The notes: generated by a model not told the origin, from the letters alone. A stretch of 64,000 nucleotides of DNA from Rickettsiales bacterium (GCA_964231325.1 CAXRIF010000003.1:866927-930926); one strand, 5' to 3'; positions 38,068 through 47,942 are shown, counted from the stretch's first letter. Program-made: numbers and translations.

Positions 38068-38973
38068 ATGGCTACTACAAATAATCTGGGCATAACGCTG
38101 GTAGAGCAATCTCAGGCACAGAAAGAAGTTACCGTAAACCAGGCGCTAACTCGCCTTGATGCAATTTTAAACATAGGCGCGATAAGCAGGACTACAGACA
38201 CGCCTCCTGGATCTCCCGCCGAATCAGATTTGTATATTGTTGGCTCCAGCCCAACAGGAGAATGGGCGGGGCATGCCAATGAGATTGCTTATTACGAACA
38301 AAATTGGAAATTTATTGCACCTAATGAAGGGGTATCGCTATGGGTAAGTGATGAATCAACTATATACCTCTATGATGGTAGTACTTGGATACAATCAATA
38401 GGTGGTGACCTAGAGGCCATTGAGGCGCTGTCCTCTACCGGATTTTCTGTTCGAACCGGAACAGATAGCTGGGCAACTCGAATTATTACCGCTGGTACAG
38501 GTATTTCTATCTCTAATGGTAATGGTGTTGGAGGGAATACTATCGTTTCTTTTAATGCTGGTTTGTCAAACATGAATGACACTAGCATTGTTAGTCCGGT
38601 AGATGGTGAGGTGTTGACCTATAGTGGCGGGACTTGGCGTAATAAAAAGGGTCCAGCCATTACACAGTATAATTTTCAATCCGTAACTTCCTACACACTG
38701 TTAGCTAGTAATTCAGGGACTACTCTTTACTTCACCAGCTCTTCACCAGTAACCCTTTCTTTGCCTGATAGTTTGTTGGCTGGGTATAATATAAAGCTTA
38801 TTCAGGCAGGCTCTGGACAAGTGACATGTTCAACCACTGGTGGAGCTACTTTATATAACCGCCAATCTCATACTAAAACAGCTGGGCAATGGGCGGTATG
38901 TACGCTTGAAGTAGTCAATAATGTTGGGGGCGTTCTGGCAGAATACGTGTTGTCAGGGGATACTTCATCATGA
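38068..38973 (+). CDS. DUF2793 tail fibre-like protein
   Basis: SQAQKEVTVNQALTRLD, TPPGSP, YIVGSSPTGEWAGH, WKFIAPNEG. Confidence 0.88.
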   Translation: MATTNNLGITLVEQSQAQKEVTVNQALTRLDAILNIGAISRTTDTPPGSPAESDLYIVGSSPTGEWAGHANEIAYYEQNWKFIAPNEGVSLWVSDESTIYLYDGSTWIQSIGGDLEAIEALSSTGFSVRTGTDSWATRIITAGTGISISNGNGVGGNTIVSFNAGLSNMNDTSIVSPVDGEVLTYSGGTWRNKKGPAITQYNFQSVTSYTLLASNSGTTLYFTSSSPVTLSLPDSLLAGYNIKLIQAGSGQVTCSTTGGATLYNRQSHTKTAGQWAVCTLEVVNNVGGVLAEYVLSGDTSS

Positions 38974-39239
38974 TCGTGATAGACGATAAGCATTGGAAAA
39001 TTGATAAACGTATTCCTATTGCTGTAATCGTTACATTGATAATGCAGGCAGTCGCTGCCCTAATTTGGGCAACAGAACTAGATGCCCGGGTAGGGTATAT
39101 TGAAACTCAACGCTCAAAGTTTTTAGATACGAATGAGCGCTTTGTTCGCATGGAAGAACGACTTGATCACATCAAAGAAAATGTTGATTCAACAAAACGA
39201 CAGATTGATCAATTAACACGCCATTTACTTGGAAAATAA
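38970..39239 (+). CDS. Small TM plus coiled-coil protein, holin/XhlA-like or GTA g3.5-like
   Basis: WKIDKRIPIAVIVTLIMQAVAALIWA plus heptad tail; directly upstream of the lysozyme. Confidence 0.6.
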   Translation: MIVIDDKHWKIDKRIPIAVIVTLIMQAVAALIWATELDARVGYIETQRSKFLDTNERFVRMEERLDHIKENVDSTKRQIDQLTRHLLGK

Positions 39240-39257
39240 CTTATTTGGAGTGGTGTT

Positions 39258-39701
39258 ATGAAAAAAACATCGGCACTTGGTATCAATCTTATTAAAGATT
39301 TTGAAGGCTTCTCTGCCGCTAGGTACCTTTGCCCTGGTGGAAAGTTGACAATAGGGTATGGGCATGTGATCAGAGAGGATGAGCGTGATACACTACACAA
39401 CATTACCAAATTGGAGGCGGAGTCATTACTGACTAATGATGTCTGCGTTGCCGAAGATGCTATTTGTAGATTAGTAAATGTTTCTATTAACCAGAACCAG
39501 TATGATGCATTGGTTAGTTTCATTTATAATGTGGGAGTAGGGGCATTTGCGCGCTCTACACTGTTACGGCATATCAATAATGGGGAGTTTGAAAAGGCCG
39601 CTGAGCAATTTCAACGCTGGATTTATAGTTCAGGCAAAAAGCTAAGCGGACTTATCCGTAGGAGAGAGGCCGAAGCTGAGTTGTTTACTACCCCTGAATA
39701 A
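39258..39701 (+). CDS. GH24 phage lysozyme (endolysin)
   Basis: LIKDFEG, YLCPGGKLTIGYGH, NQYDALVSFIYNVG, GLIRRREAE. Confidence 0.95.
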   Translation: MKKTSALGINLIKDFEGFSAARYLCPGGKLTIGYGHVIREDERDTLHNITKLEAESLLTNDVCVAEDAICRLVNVSINQNQYDALVSFIYNVGVGAFARSTLLRHINNGEFEKAAEQFQRWIYSSGKKLSGLIRRREAEAELFTTPE

Positions 39702-40005
39702 GTTTTTGTTCATATAGGGTATGGTCAAAGCCATAGTAAGACTTAATTTTTTCTTTGGTTTCATCGGAAGGTGGAAGCCCATCGCCTTTTTCCACAACCA
39801 CTGCAAAATCAGGAATATATCCCTTCTGTAAGCACTTTAGAGTCGCTTCATGTAACATGGCACTGGCAATGGCATAATAGTAAATGTCTTTTTTGCGCTT
39901 CTCATCAAAAGCAGGAATAAAATATACATGTACTTTCTTTGCTTCCTCATACTTTGAACGGTAATGAGGTAGATCTTGCATCATATCCTGATCAGAATCA
40001 GACAT
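39688..40005 (-). CDS. Small hypothetical protein (family with 8244..8540 and 21364..21726)
   Basis: IYYYA..PDFAVVVEKGDGLPPSDETKEKIKSYYGFDH; starts 4 nt after the valS stop. Confidence 0.75.
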   Translation of the reverse strand: MSDSDQDMMQDLPHYRSKYEEAKKVHVYFIPAFDEKRKKDIYYYAIASAMLHEATLKCLQKGYIPDFAVVVEKGDGLPPSDETKEKIKSYYGFDHTLYEQKLIQG

Positions 40006-40009
40006 GGCA

Positions 40010-42697
40010 TCACTTTTGTCGTTCTACAGATTGTGGTAAATTATTTACCTGTAACTTAACCACATGCTTACTCATGTCTGGTTTTCCAGGCCCGTGAATG
40101 GCTTTGCCCTTCAACTTCTCATGTTCGCCTTGCTGAGGGTTTTTCTTTTGTTCTTCGACTTTTGCCAGCCTGACGTCAATCAAGAACCATCCATTTTCTG
40201 ATGTATGCTGCTGAGCGTTATTGCTCTCGTTAGCGCTGCTAGCATTAGCAGCTGCCAATAGATCATTTAGGGTAGGTGATATGTGCTGCCAGGTAGGATG
40301 ATTTTCACCCTGCTGGCACTGTATTTGTACATCATCTACCGGATGCTTAATGGAAAGGCTCGCTTCCGATTTTGCTTTTCGAATAACGTTCAGTATGTCT
40401 ACCGCTGCTTTTCCACTTAGCTCTGCCGTGGCATTATATGGGTAGTCTTTTGCTTCCGGCCACATGCCGCGGCTATGTATTGAGCCATGTGCAGCATAGT
40501 TCTCATCAAAGAGATGGCTGTAAATTTCTTCAGTAACATGAGGTATGAAGGGCGCAAATAACTTCAGCAATGCTTCCAGACAATGATGAATAGTATAGAG
40601 TGCCGATTCTTGGCTGCCTTTTCCTTCTCCATAAGAGCGTGCCTTTGCAAGCTCTAGGTAATTATCGCAAAAATCATTCCAGAAGAAGTCTTCAATCGCA
40701 ACTCGCGCGTCGCAATATTCAAATTTTTCGAATTCTTTTGTGGCTTTTTTAATGCATTGATTAAGGCGTGATAGAATCCATAAATCTAGTGCTTCAGTAA
40801 TATGCCCTGCCTGGGTATCTGCTATAGCAGTTGTTGGGGCGGCAGATAGTTTGTCTAAGTTCAAAGAGGCAAAATTGCTTGCATTCCATAGTTTGGTAAC
40901 GAGCTTACGGCCAATCTTAAGTAGGTCTTCAGAAAATGCAGTATCTGTTCCCAAGCGCGAGGTGGATGCCCAGTAACGCACTGCATCCGTGCCTTTCTCT
41001 TCTATCAGCGCGACAGGGGTTACGACATTCCCTTTTGATTTGCTCATTTTGGTTTTGTCGGATGCCAGACACCAGCCAGAAATCATTAGGTTCTTCCAAG
41101 GTATCGTATCGGCGTGTAGATGAGCCTTTACAATAGTGTAAAATGCCCATGTACGGATAATCTCATGTGCTTGCGGGCGTATATCTGCTGGGAACAACTT
41201 GTTAGGTGTTAGTGATTTTGCGTTGATCTGCGGGCTGATGGATGAGGTGGCCCAGGTATCCATGATATCCTTGTCTGCAACTACTTCATTAATGTTATAC
41301 CCCTTGGGGGCATCAATTGTAGGATCAATCGGTAGTTGATCCAGATCTGCATAAATAATCTTCCCTTCCTCTCCTTCGCGCTTTGAATACCACACAGGGA
41401 AGGGAACTCCGAAGAAGCGCTGGCGGCTAATGCACCAATCTTCATTCAGACCTTCAATCCATTGATTCAAGCGCACGCGCATATATTCGGGATACCAGCC
41501 GCATTCTGCGCCTTTTGCTTTTAGAGCTTCTTTTTTATCAGTAACGCGTACGAACCATTGATTGGTCGGAATGATTTCAATAGGCGTACCCGAGCGCTCA
41601 GCACATTTTACGGTATGTACCATAGCGGTTTGTTTGAGCAATTTTCCTGATTCCTGCAGCAATTCGATGATTTTGGTGTTTGCCTGCTTTGGTTTTAGTC
41701 CTTGTAGTTCTTGTAGTGGTTTATTACCAGCTATCCATGAGTCCATGTGTTCTTTGGATTCAACAAAAGAATTGATAAATAGCTCTGAATTGAAGTCGAT
41801 TCTGCCATTCTGGCCGAGTATAGCACGCAGGGGTAACTTATGTTTACGCCACCAATCCTTATCTGTGTCATCACCGAATGTGCAACACATTACCAGTCCT
41901 GTGCCTTTTTCACGCTCTACCGCTTCATCAGCGATCATCGGTACTTCGACACCAATAAGCGGGGTAATGACTTTTTTGCCTTCATACTTGGAGGCGTTTG
42001 GATCTTCCGGGTGATACATCACGGCTACGCATGCTGCGAGCAGCTCCGGGCGTGTCGTCATGATGACGATAGATGAGCCATCATCCAGAGCGAATTCGAT
42101 CTCATTCATGGTGCCGGGAAGTTCTTTATTTTCAATTTCCGCGCTGGCAATAGCTGTTTGATCTACCCAGTCCCAGTAAGTCGGACGAAAATCACGATAA
42201 GCCTGGTCTTTCTTTATGAGGTCGAGGAAAGATGCTTGACTCAACCTTCTAACATCGTCACTGATGGTCTGGTATTCTTGTCTCCAATCCACGCTGAGTG
42301 CGGTGCTTTTAAACAGCGCCCTGAACTCATCCTCAGCTTCCTTTACTACTTCACGACATAACCCTACAAAATCAGCGCGCGGCATACTATTACCGCGTAC
42401 TTTTTTGACTTTTTCGACCAGTCGTTCTGTAGGCAGGCCGTTATCATCAAACCCCATAGGATAGAATACATCTTTTCCAGCCATGCGTTGATAGCGGGCG
42501 ATGAAATCTGCTTGCGTATAGCTAAAAATATGCCCCATATGCAAAACGCCAGACACCGTGGGTGGGGGGGTATCTATTACGAAAGTTTGTTCGCGTGGCT
42601 GGTCATCATGAAAATGATAGGTGCCTTGCTCATACCAGTGGTTTTGCCACGCTTTTTCGCGCTCTTTATGATCATATTTTTTGGGTAGAGACTTCAT
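40010..42697 (-). CDS. valS: Valine--tRNA ligase, archaeal/Rickettsiales type, with a C-terminal extension
   Basis: DTPPPTVSGVLHMGH, GFDDNGLPTERLVE, WCISRQR, RPQAHEIIRTW, KMSKS; start at ATG 42697. Confidence 0.97.
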   Translation of the reverse strand: MKSLPKKYDHKEREKAWQNHWYEQGTYHFHDDQPREQTFVIDTPPPTVSGVLHMGHIFSYTQADFIARYQRMAGKDVFYPMGFDDNGLPTERLVEKVKKVRGNSMPRADFVGLCREVVKEAEDEFRALFKSTALSVDWRQEYQTISDDVRRLSQASFLDLIKKDQAYRDFRPTYWDWVDQTAIASAEIENKELPGTMNEIEFALDDGSSIVIMTTRPELLAACVAVMYHPEDPNASKYEGKKVITPLIGVEVPMIADEAVEREKGTGLVMCCTFGDDTDKDWWRKHKLPLRAILGQNGRIDFNSELFINSFVESKEHMDSWIAGNKPLQELQGLKPKQANTKIIELLQESGKLLKQTAMVHTVKCAERSGTPIEIIPTNQWFVRVTDKKEALKAKGAECGWYPEYMRVRLNQWIEGLNEDWCISRQRFFGVPFPVWYSKREGEEGKIIYADLDQLPIDPTIDAPKGYNINEVVADKDIMDTWATSSISPQINAKSLTPNKLFPADIRPQAHEIIRTWAFYTIVKAHLHADTIPWKNLMISGWCLASDKTKMSKSKGNVVTPVALIEEKGTDAVRYWASTSRLGTDTAFSEDLLKIGRKLVTKLWNASNFASLNLDKLSAAPTTAIADTQAGHITEALDLWILSRLNQCIKKATKEFEKFEYCDARVAIEDFFWNDFCDNYLELAKARSYGEGKGSQESALYTIHHCLEALLKLFAPFIPHVTEEIYSHLFDENYAAHGSIHSRGMWPEAKDYPYNATAELSGKAAVDILNVIRKAKSEASLSIKHPVDDVQIQCQQGENHPTWQHISPTLNDLLAAANASSANESNNAQQHTSENGWFLIDVRLAKVEEQKKNPQQGEHEKLKGKAIHGPGKPDMSKHVVKLQVNNLPQSVERQK

Positions 42698-42698
42698 G

Positions 42699-43733
42699 TT
42701 AGTTCGTTTTCTTTGGTGCCAGATCGCACTCATCAATTAACGTTTCTGCAATTTGCACCGCGTTCAGCGCTGCGCCTTTGCGCAAATTATCGGACACGAC
42801 CCACATGTTAAGTCCGTGTTTAACGGATGGGTCTTCACGCAGGCGAGAAATAAACACGGCGTCTTCACCGGCGCATTCTAGCGGAGTGCAATAACCTTCA
42901 TCCTTGCGCATATCGTACATGGTTATACCCGGTGCGCCATCGAGAATATTTCTGGCGTCTTTAACTGAGAGCGGTTTGTTGAATTCAATATTTACTGCCT
43001 CTGAGTGACCAACAAACACCGGTACACGTACACAAGTGACCGACACCTCAATGGATGGGTCCAGTATTTTTTTGGTTTCCTGAACCATCTTCCATTCTTC
43101 CTTGGTTGACCCATCTTCCATAAATACGTCAATATGCGGAATAACGTTGAAGGCAATACGTTTCGTGAATTTTTTAGGTTCTTTATTGTCATTCATATAA
43201 AGAGCTTTTGTTTGGTCAAATAGCTCGTCCATTGCTTCTTTTCCACCGCCACTAACCGATTGATAGGTAGACACCACTACACGCTTGATCTCTGCCGCAT
43301 CGTGCAAAGGTTTCAAGGCAACTACCATCTGCATGGTCGAGCAGTTGGGGTTAGAAATGATATTTTCTTTGCGGAAATCTTTGAGTGCATGTGCATTTAC
43401 TTCTGGCACGACCAAAGGAATTTCGGGCATCATTCGAAAGTGAGAAGTGTTGTCAATTACTACGCAGCCAGCTTCAGCAGCTTTTGGGGCAAAGACTTTC
43501 GATACAGATGCGCCGGGCGAAAAAAGGGCTATATCAGTGTCTGAGAAATCGTAGCTATCCAGCGCTTTTACGGTGAGCGTTTTTGTGTCGCCGTAGCTTA
43601 CTTTTTTTCCTGCAGATGCAGAAGAGGCGAGCGCCACCACTTCACTTGCTGGGAAGTCACGTTCGCTAAGGATTTCCAGGATTGCGCGGCCTACATTGCC
43701 GGTCGCGCCAACTACGGCTACTTTATAACTCAT
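42699..43733 (-). CDS. asd: Aspartate-semialdehyde dehydrogenase
   Basis: VVGATGNVG, NPNCST, STYQSVSG, CVRVPVFVGH, DNLRKGAALNAVQ. Confidence 0.97.
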   Translation of the reverse strand: MSYKVAVVGATGNVGRAILEILSERDFPASEVVALASSASAGKKVSYGDTKTLTVKALDSYDFSDTDIALFSPGASVSKVFAPKAAEAGCVVIDNTSHFRMMPEIPLVVPEVNAHALKDFRKENIISNPNCSTMQMVVALKPLHDAAEIKRVVVSTYQSVSGGGKEAMDELFDQTKALYMNDNKEPKKFTKRIAFNVIPHIDVFMEDGSTKEEWKMVQETKKILDPSIEVSVTCVRVPVFVGHSEAVNIEFNKPLSVKDARNILDGAPGITMYDMRKDEGYCTPLECAGEDAVFISRLREDPSVKHGLNMWVVSDNLRKGAALNAVQIAETLIDECDLAPKKTN

Positions 43734-43864
43734 ATTCTCTCTCAATATTCAATATCTTATACATCGTCCGCTTTGCGGGCGCATAACATAGCAAAACAAG
43801 AGAAGATTTGCCAATACAAATGCTTAAAGAGGCCAAAAAGCTTATAGGATGATTTTTCAGCTGC

Positions 43865-44989
43865 TTAGGCGCATGCAGAAGGCTTGTTATGAGCAGTTGT
43901 GCTGTTCTCTAAAGCTTCTACGATAGCTTCACCCATCTGTGTGGTAGAGACTAGCGTTTTTCCCTCCTGCATAATATCCGCCGTGCGTAGTCCTTGGCTT
44001 AGTACTGAGCGCACGGATGCTTCTAGTTGCTCTGCTTCTGATTTCATATCGAAAGAATAGCGGAGCATCATGGCAAAAGACAGTATGGTAGCGATAGGAT
44101 TCGCCTGATCTTTACCGGCAATGTCTGGTGCTGAACCATGAACTGGTTCATATACCCCAGGAGTACCTGCTTTTCCTAGAGATGCTGATGGTAGCATGCC
44201 TAATGAACCAGTAAGCATTGAGGCAATATCAGAGAGTATGTCCCCGAACATATTGGTAGTTACAACTACATCAAATTGCTTAGGGTTACGCACTAGTTGC
44301 ATAGATGCGTTGTCGACATACATATGGCTAAGCTCAATATTGGCAAATTCTTTGTCGCCTAACTTTTGTACTTCCTCACGCCACATCTCAGTAGTTTCCA
44401 GCACATTTGCTTTGTCTACAGAGCACACTTTTCCATTTCTTTTTTCTGCCAGATCAAAGGCTACACGAGCAATACGTTCCACTTCGCCGCTTGTGTATAC
44501 AAGGCTGTTAACGCCACGTCGTGTGCCATCTTTAAGTGTTTCCACTCCGCGTGGTTCTCCAAAATAGATGCCTCCCGTAAGCTCCCTTACGATCATGATG
44601 TCCAGCCCAGCGATGATTTCATGCTTCAGAGATGAGGCATCAGCCAATTCGTCAAAACAGATAGCGGGACGCAAGTTGGCGAAAAGTTCCAGTTCTTTGC
44701 GTAGGGCAAGCAGACCGCGTTCAGGGCGCACCGCATGTTCCAATCCTTCCCATTTGGGGCCGCCAACAGCGCCCAACAAAATGGCATCAGCTTTTTTTGC
44801 TGCAGATAGGGTTGCGTCCGGAAATGGCGTGCCGGTTTTGTCGTAGGCGCTTCCACCGATTTCTTCAGTGCTGGTTGTGAATTTCACGGTGCCATTTCCA
44901 CTGAACCAAGAAATGATTTTCTGTGTTTCACGTACTACTTCTGGACCGATTCCGTCACCGGGTAATAATAAGATATGCTTAGTTGCCAT
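43865..44989 (-). CDS. leuB: 3-isopropylmalate dehydrogenase
   Basis: [47 protein letters not shown]. Confidence 0.97.
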   Translation of the reverse strand: MATKHILLLPGDGIGPEVVRETQKIISWFSGNGTVKFTTSTEEIGGSAYDKTGTPFPDATLSAAKKADAILLGAVGGPKWEGLEHAVRPERGLLALRKELELFANLRPAICFDELADASSLKHEIIAGLDIMIVRELTGGIYFGEPRGVETLKDGTRRGVNSLVYTSGEVERIARVAFDLAEKRNGKVCSVDKANVLETTEMWREEVQKLGDKEFANIELSHMYVDNASMQLVRNPKQFDVVVTTNMFGDILSDIASMLTGSLGMLPSASLGKAGTPGVYEPVHGSAPDIAGKDQANPIATILSFAMMLRYSFDMKSEAEQLEASVRSVLSQGLRTADIMQEGKTLVSTTQMGEAIVEALENSTTAHNKPSACA

Positions 44990-45578
44990 GTCGTAATTCC
45001 TTTTTTGCGTCGATAATGATTTTTAGCGCAGCGCTGCTCGCAAGCCAAGTAATAATAAGGGCTACTACCATATCTGGCCACATTGAGCCTGTGTAATGGA
45101 CAAGAAAAGCAGCTATAATGATTGCAAGGCTTGCAATGGAATCATTGCGGCTGCACAGCCATACAGATTCCATATTGCTGTCGCGCTTGCGAGTGCGGTA
45201 GAGCAGGAAGGCACTGGAAAAATTTGCAACCAAAGCCAGAGCGGCTACCCAGCCCATTGTGAAGGACTGAGGGGTATTGTTTGCAAGTAAATTATGTACG
45301 CCCTGAGATAGGGCAACGGCCGCCAGACAAAGCATTAAAATGGCTTTAAGCAATGAGGAATATGCCCGTGTCTTCAGCGATTTTTCCAAGACATATAGTG
45401 TGACTACATAGCTGAAGGAATCGCTTAAGAAGTCTACCGAGTCAGCGATAAGGGATGTGGAGTTACTTGATAGCCCTTGCCAGACTTCTATGATGAACAT
45501 GCCAAAATTGAGGGCGAGGGCTATATATAATGCGTGCCTCGCATAATCCAGGCTATGATCGTGGTGATGCCCGCCCAT
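44979..45578 (-). CDS. Cation efflux (CDF-like) transporter, short form
   Basis: His-rich N-terminus, [23 protein letters not shown]. Confidence 0.85.
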   Translation of the reverse strand: MGGHHHDHSLDYARHALYIALALNFGMFIIEVWQGLSSNSTSLIADSVDFLSDSFSYVVTLYVLEKSLKTRAYSSLLKAILMLCLAAVALSQGVHNLLANNTPQSFTMGWVAALALVANFSSAFLLYRTRKRDSNMESVWLCSRNDSIASLAIIIAAFLVHYTGSMWPDMVVALIITWLASSAALKIIIDAKKELRHGN

Positions 45579-46180
45579 TAGGCGGCCAGCCAGGGGGTGC
45601 GTTCTTTTTGTTTGGTTTCGTAGTTATCAATTGCATCGAGCTTTTGCAGGGTAAGGCCTATATCATCTAGGCCATTTAGCAGGCAGTGTTTGCGGAACTC
45701 TTCTACATCGAAACCAAATTGATGATTGCCTGCGCTAACAATTTGTTTTTCTAAGTCCACAGAAACTGCGCCGCCAGTTTTCGCATACTCTGTTAGTGTG
45801 TCGATATTTTCTTGAGGCAAAATAACGGGTAATACGCCATTCTTAAAGCAATTATTAAAGAAAATATCGGCATAAGAAGGGGCAATAACGCAGCGAATAC
45901 CAAAGTCTAGTAGTGCCCATGGAGCATGTTCACGAGATGAACCACAGCCAAAATTGATACCGCCAATAAGTATCTGGGCTTTATCAAATGGTGGTTGGTG
46001 AAGAATGAAGTCATCGATCCTTTTTCCATCAACGGTGTAGCGCATTTCATAAAACAGTCCATCCTTAAGTCCGGTACGTTTGATGGTTTTTAAAAACTGC
46101 TTAGGGATAATCATATCCGTATCGATATTAGCGATAGGGAGTGGCGCGGCAACAGATGTCAGTGTTTTGAATGGTTGCAT
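45578..46180 (-). CDS. leuD: 3-isopropylmalate dehydratase small subunit
   Basis: [39 protein letters not shown]. Confidence 0.97.
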   Translation of the reverse strand: MQPFKTLTSVAAPLPIANIDTDMIIPKQFLKTIKRTGLKDGLFYEMRYTVDGKRIDDFILHQPPFDKAQILIGGINFGCGSSREHAPWALLDFGIRCVIAPSYADIFFNNCFKNGVLPVILPQENIDTLTEYAKTGGAVSVDLEKQIVSAGNHQFGFDVEEFRKHCLLNGLDDIGLTLQKLDAIDNYETKQKERTPWLAA

Positions 46181-46184
46181 GGCT

Positions 46185-46472
46185 TTATCCTTGTTTGACC
46201 TTAATGATAGCGGCTTTGATACACTCATCGAGTTGGTGTTGTGCGCGAGCGGCTTCGCCTCTTGTTTTGCTATTAACCATTAATAGCAGCCCTTCCATCG
46301 CCACCGTATATTTAGGACGGATGTTGCCCGGAATGCTTTTTTCAAGTGCAGCGCGGATTTCACCAAGCAATTTATAAAGATCGTCGAGATTTTTTGCAGC
46401 AGAGAAGGTAATGCGGACTCTAATGAGATAGCCGGGTCTTTTGGGGTGTATACTAATGTCATGAGACCACAT
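46185..46472 (-). CDS. Hypothetical protein between leuC and leuD
   Basis: 95-aa ORF that fills the gap almost exactly (1 nt after the leuC stop, 4 nt before leuD). Confidence 0.6.
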   Translation of the reverse strand: MWSHDISIHPKRPGYLIRVRITFSAAKNLDDLYKLLGEIRAALEKSIPGNIRPKYTVAMEGLLLMVNSKTRGEAARAQHQLDECIKAAIIKVKQG

Positions 46473-46473
46473 T

Positions 46474-47880
46474 TCATAGCTTTCGTACGTCTGCCAATTT
46501 TCCTGTTAGGGCTGCCGCTGCCGCCATGGCAGGAGACATCAGATGGGTACGTCCGCCACGTCCTTGACGGCCTTCAAAGTTTCTATTTGATGTAGACGCG
46601 CAGCGTTCGCCCGGCTCTAGCTTGTCGGCATTCATGGCAAGGCACATGGAGCAGCCTGGCTCTCTCCATTCAAAGCCCGCATCTAGAAAAATTTTATCTA
46701 GGCCTTCTTGCTCGGCTTGTTCTTTAACTAAACCTGAGCCGGGGACAACCATAGCGAGCTTTACATTGTCCGCTATGTGCTTACCTTTAGCAATGTTAGC
46801 GGCTTCACGCAGATCTTCGATACGGGCATTTGTGCATGATCCGATAAATACTTTATCGATTACTACATCACATAGCGCGGTGCCGGGAGCGATACCCATA
46901 TATTCTAACGCGCGCTCAACACTTTTGCGCTGAATTTCATCTTTGATTTCGGCAGGAACAGGTACGCTTGCCGTAATTGGAAGTACATCCTGAGGGCTGG
47001 TTCCCCATGTTACTTGTGGGGCAATATCTTCTGCTTGCAGTACTACTTCTGCGTCATAGGTTGCGCCTTCATCAGAAGGTAGTGTTTTCCAATAAGCCAC
47101 AGCCTTGTCCCAGTTTTCTCCCTGAGGGGCAAGAGGGCGGCCTTTAAGGTAGTTAAAAGTGGTCTCGTCGGGGGCAATTAATCCTGCGCGTGCGCCGGCT
47201 TCAATCGTCATGTTGCAGACAGTCATGCGGCCTTCCATAGATAGGCTGCGAATCGCTTCACCTGCATATTCGATAACATAGCCTGTGCCACCTGCGGTGC
47301 CAATTTTTCCGATGATCGCTAACACAATATCTTTGCCTGTAATGCCGGGTGCGAGTTTTCCATCTATGCGAACCAACATATTTTTTGCGCGACGTTGAAT
47401 AAGTGTTTGTGTGGCCAGTACATGCTCAACTTCAGACGTGCCAATGCCGAAGGCTAGTGAACCGAAAGCGCCATGTGTGCTGGTATGAGAGTCGCCACAC
47501 ACAATGGTCATGCCCGGCTGGGTAAAGCCTTGCTCGGGGCCTACGATATGTACAATGCCTTGGCGTTTATCATCCATGTTATAGTGGGTGATGCCAAATT
47601 CTTTGCAGTTATCTGCAAGGGTACTTACTTGCACTCTGGCAGTTTCGTCCTTGATGATGCCTTGTTTGCGTTCTGGTGTGGTGGGAACGTTATGATCCGG
47701 CACGGCCAACGTTGCATCGGTACGGCGTACTTTACGTCCAGCTGTGCGTAGCCCTTCAAAAGCTTGTGGGCTGGTTACTTCATGAACGAGGTGTCGATCT
47801 ATATAAATAAGGCAGGTGCCATCATCTTGCTGATCCACAAGATGGTTTTCCCATATCTTATCATAGAGCGTTTTGGGCAT
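46474..47880 (-). CDS. leuC: 3-isopropylmalate dehydratase large subunit
   Basis: [44 protein letters not shown]. Confidence 0.98.
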   Translation of the reverse strand: MPKTLYDKIWENHLVDQQDDGTCLIYIDRHLVHEVTSPQAFEGLRTAGRKVRRTDATLAVPDHNVPTTPERKQGIIKDETARVQVSTLADNCKEFGITHYNMDDKRQGIVHIVGPEQGFTQPGMTIVCGDSHTSTHGAFGSLAFGIGTSEVEHVLATQTLIQRRAKNMLVRIDGKLAPGITGKDIVLAIIGKIGTAGGTGYVIEYAGEAIRSLSMEGRMTVCNMTIEAGARAGLIAPDETTFNYLKGRPLAPQGENWDKAVAYWKTLPSDEGATYDAEVVLQAEDIAPQVTWGTSPQDVLPITASVPVPAEIKDEIQRKSVERALEYMGIAPGTALCDVVIDKVFIGSCTNARIEDLREAANIAKGKHIADNVKLAMVVPGSGLVKEQAEQEGLDKIFLDAGFEWREPGCSMCLAMNADKLEPGERCASTSNRNFEGRQGRGGRTHLMSPAMAAAAALTGKLADVRKL

Positions 47881-47894
47881 AGGGCGACAGTAGT

Positions 47895-47929
47895 AGAAAG
47901 TAAAATGGGCCGCTTCTAAGCGACCCATT
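47895..47929 (-). terminator. Rho-independent terminator after rplS
   Basis: AATGGGCCGCTT-CT-AAGCGACCCATT hairpin with a U-rich tail on the minus strand. Confidence 0.65.
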
Positions 47930-47942
47930 CAACACCTTGGAG

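Larger units (their letters stand above)
14912..39701 (+). mobile_element. RcGTA-like gene transfer agent head-tail cluster, interleaved with non-phage genes and lacking recognisable tail tube and tape measure genes
   Basis: TerL-portal-protease-MCP-adaptor-stopper-DUF3168...DUF2460-DUF2163-NlpC/P60-megatron in RcGTA order; no integrase, replication or repressor genes; housekeeping flanks. Confidence 0.88.

Noticed and set aside
14912..39701. Intact temperate prophage
   Set aside because: No integrase, repressor, replication genes or att-like repeats seen; gene set and order are RcGTA-like and the flanks are housekeeping
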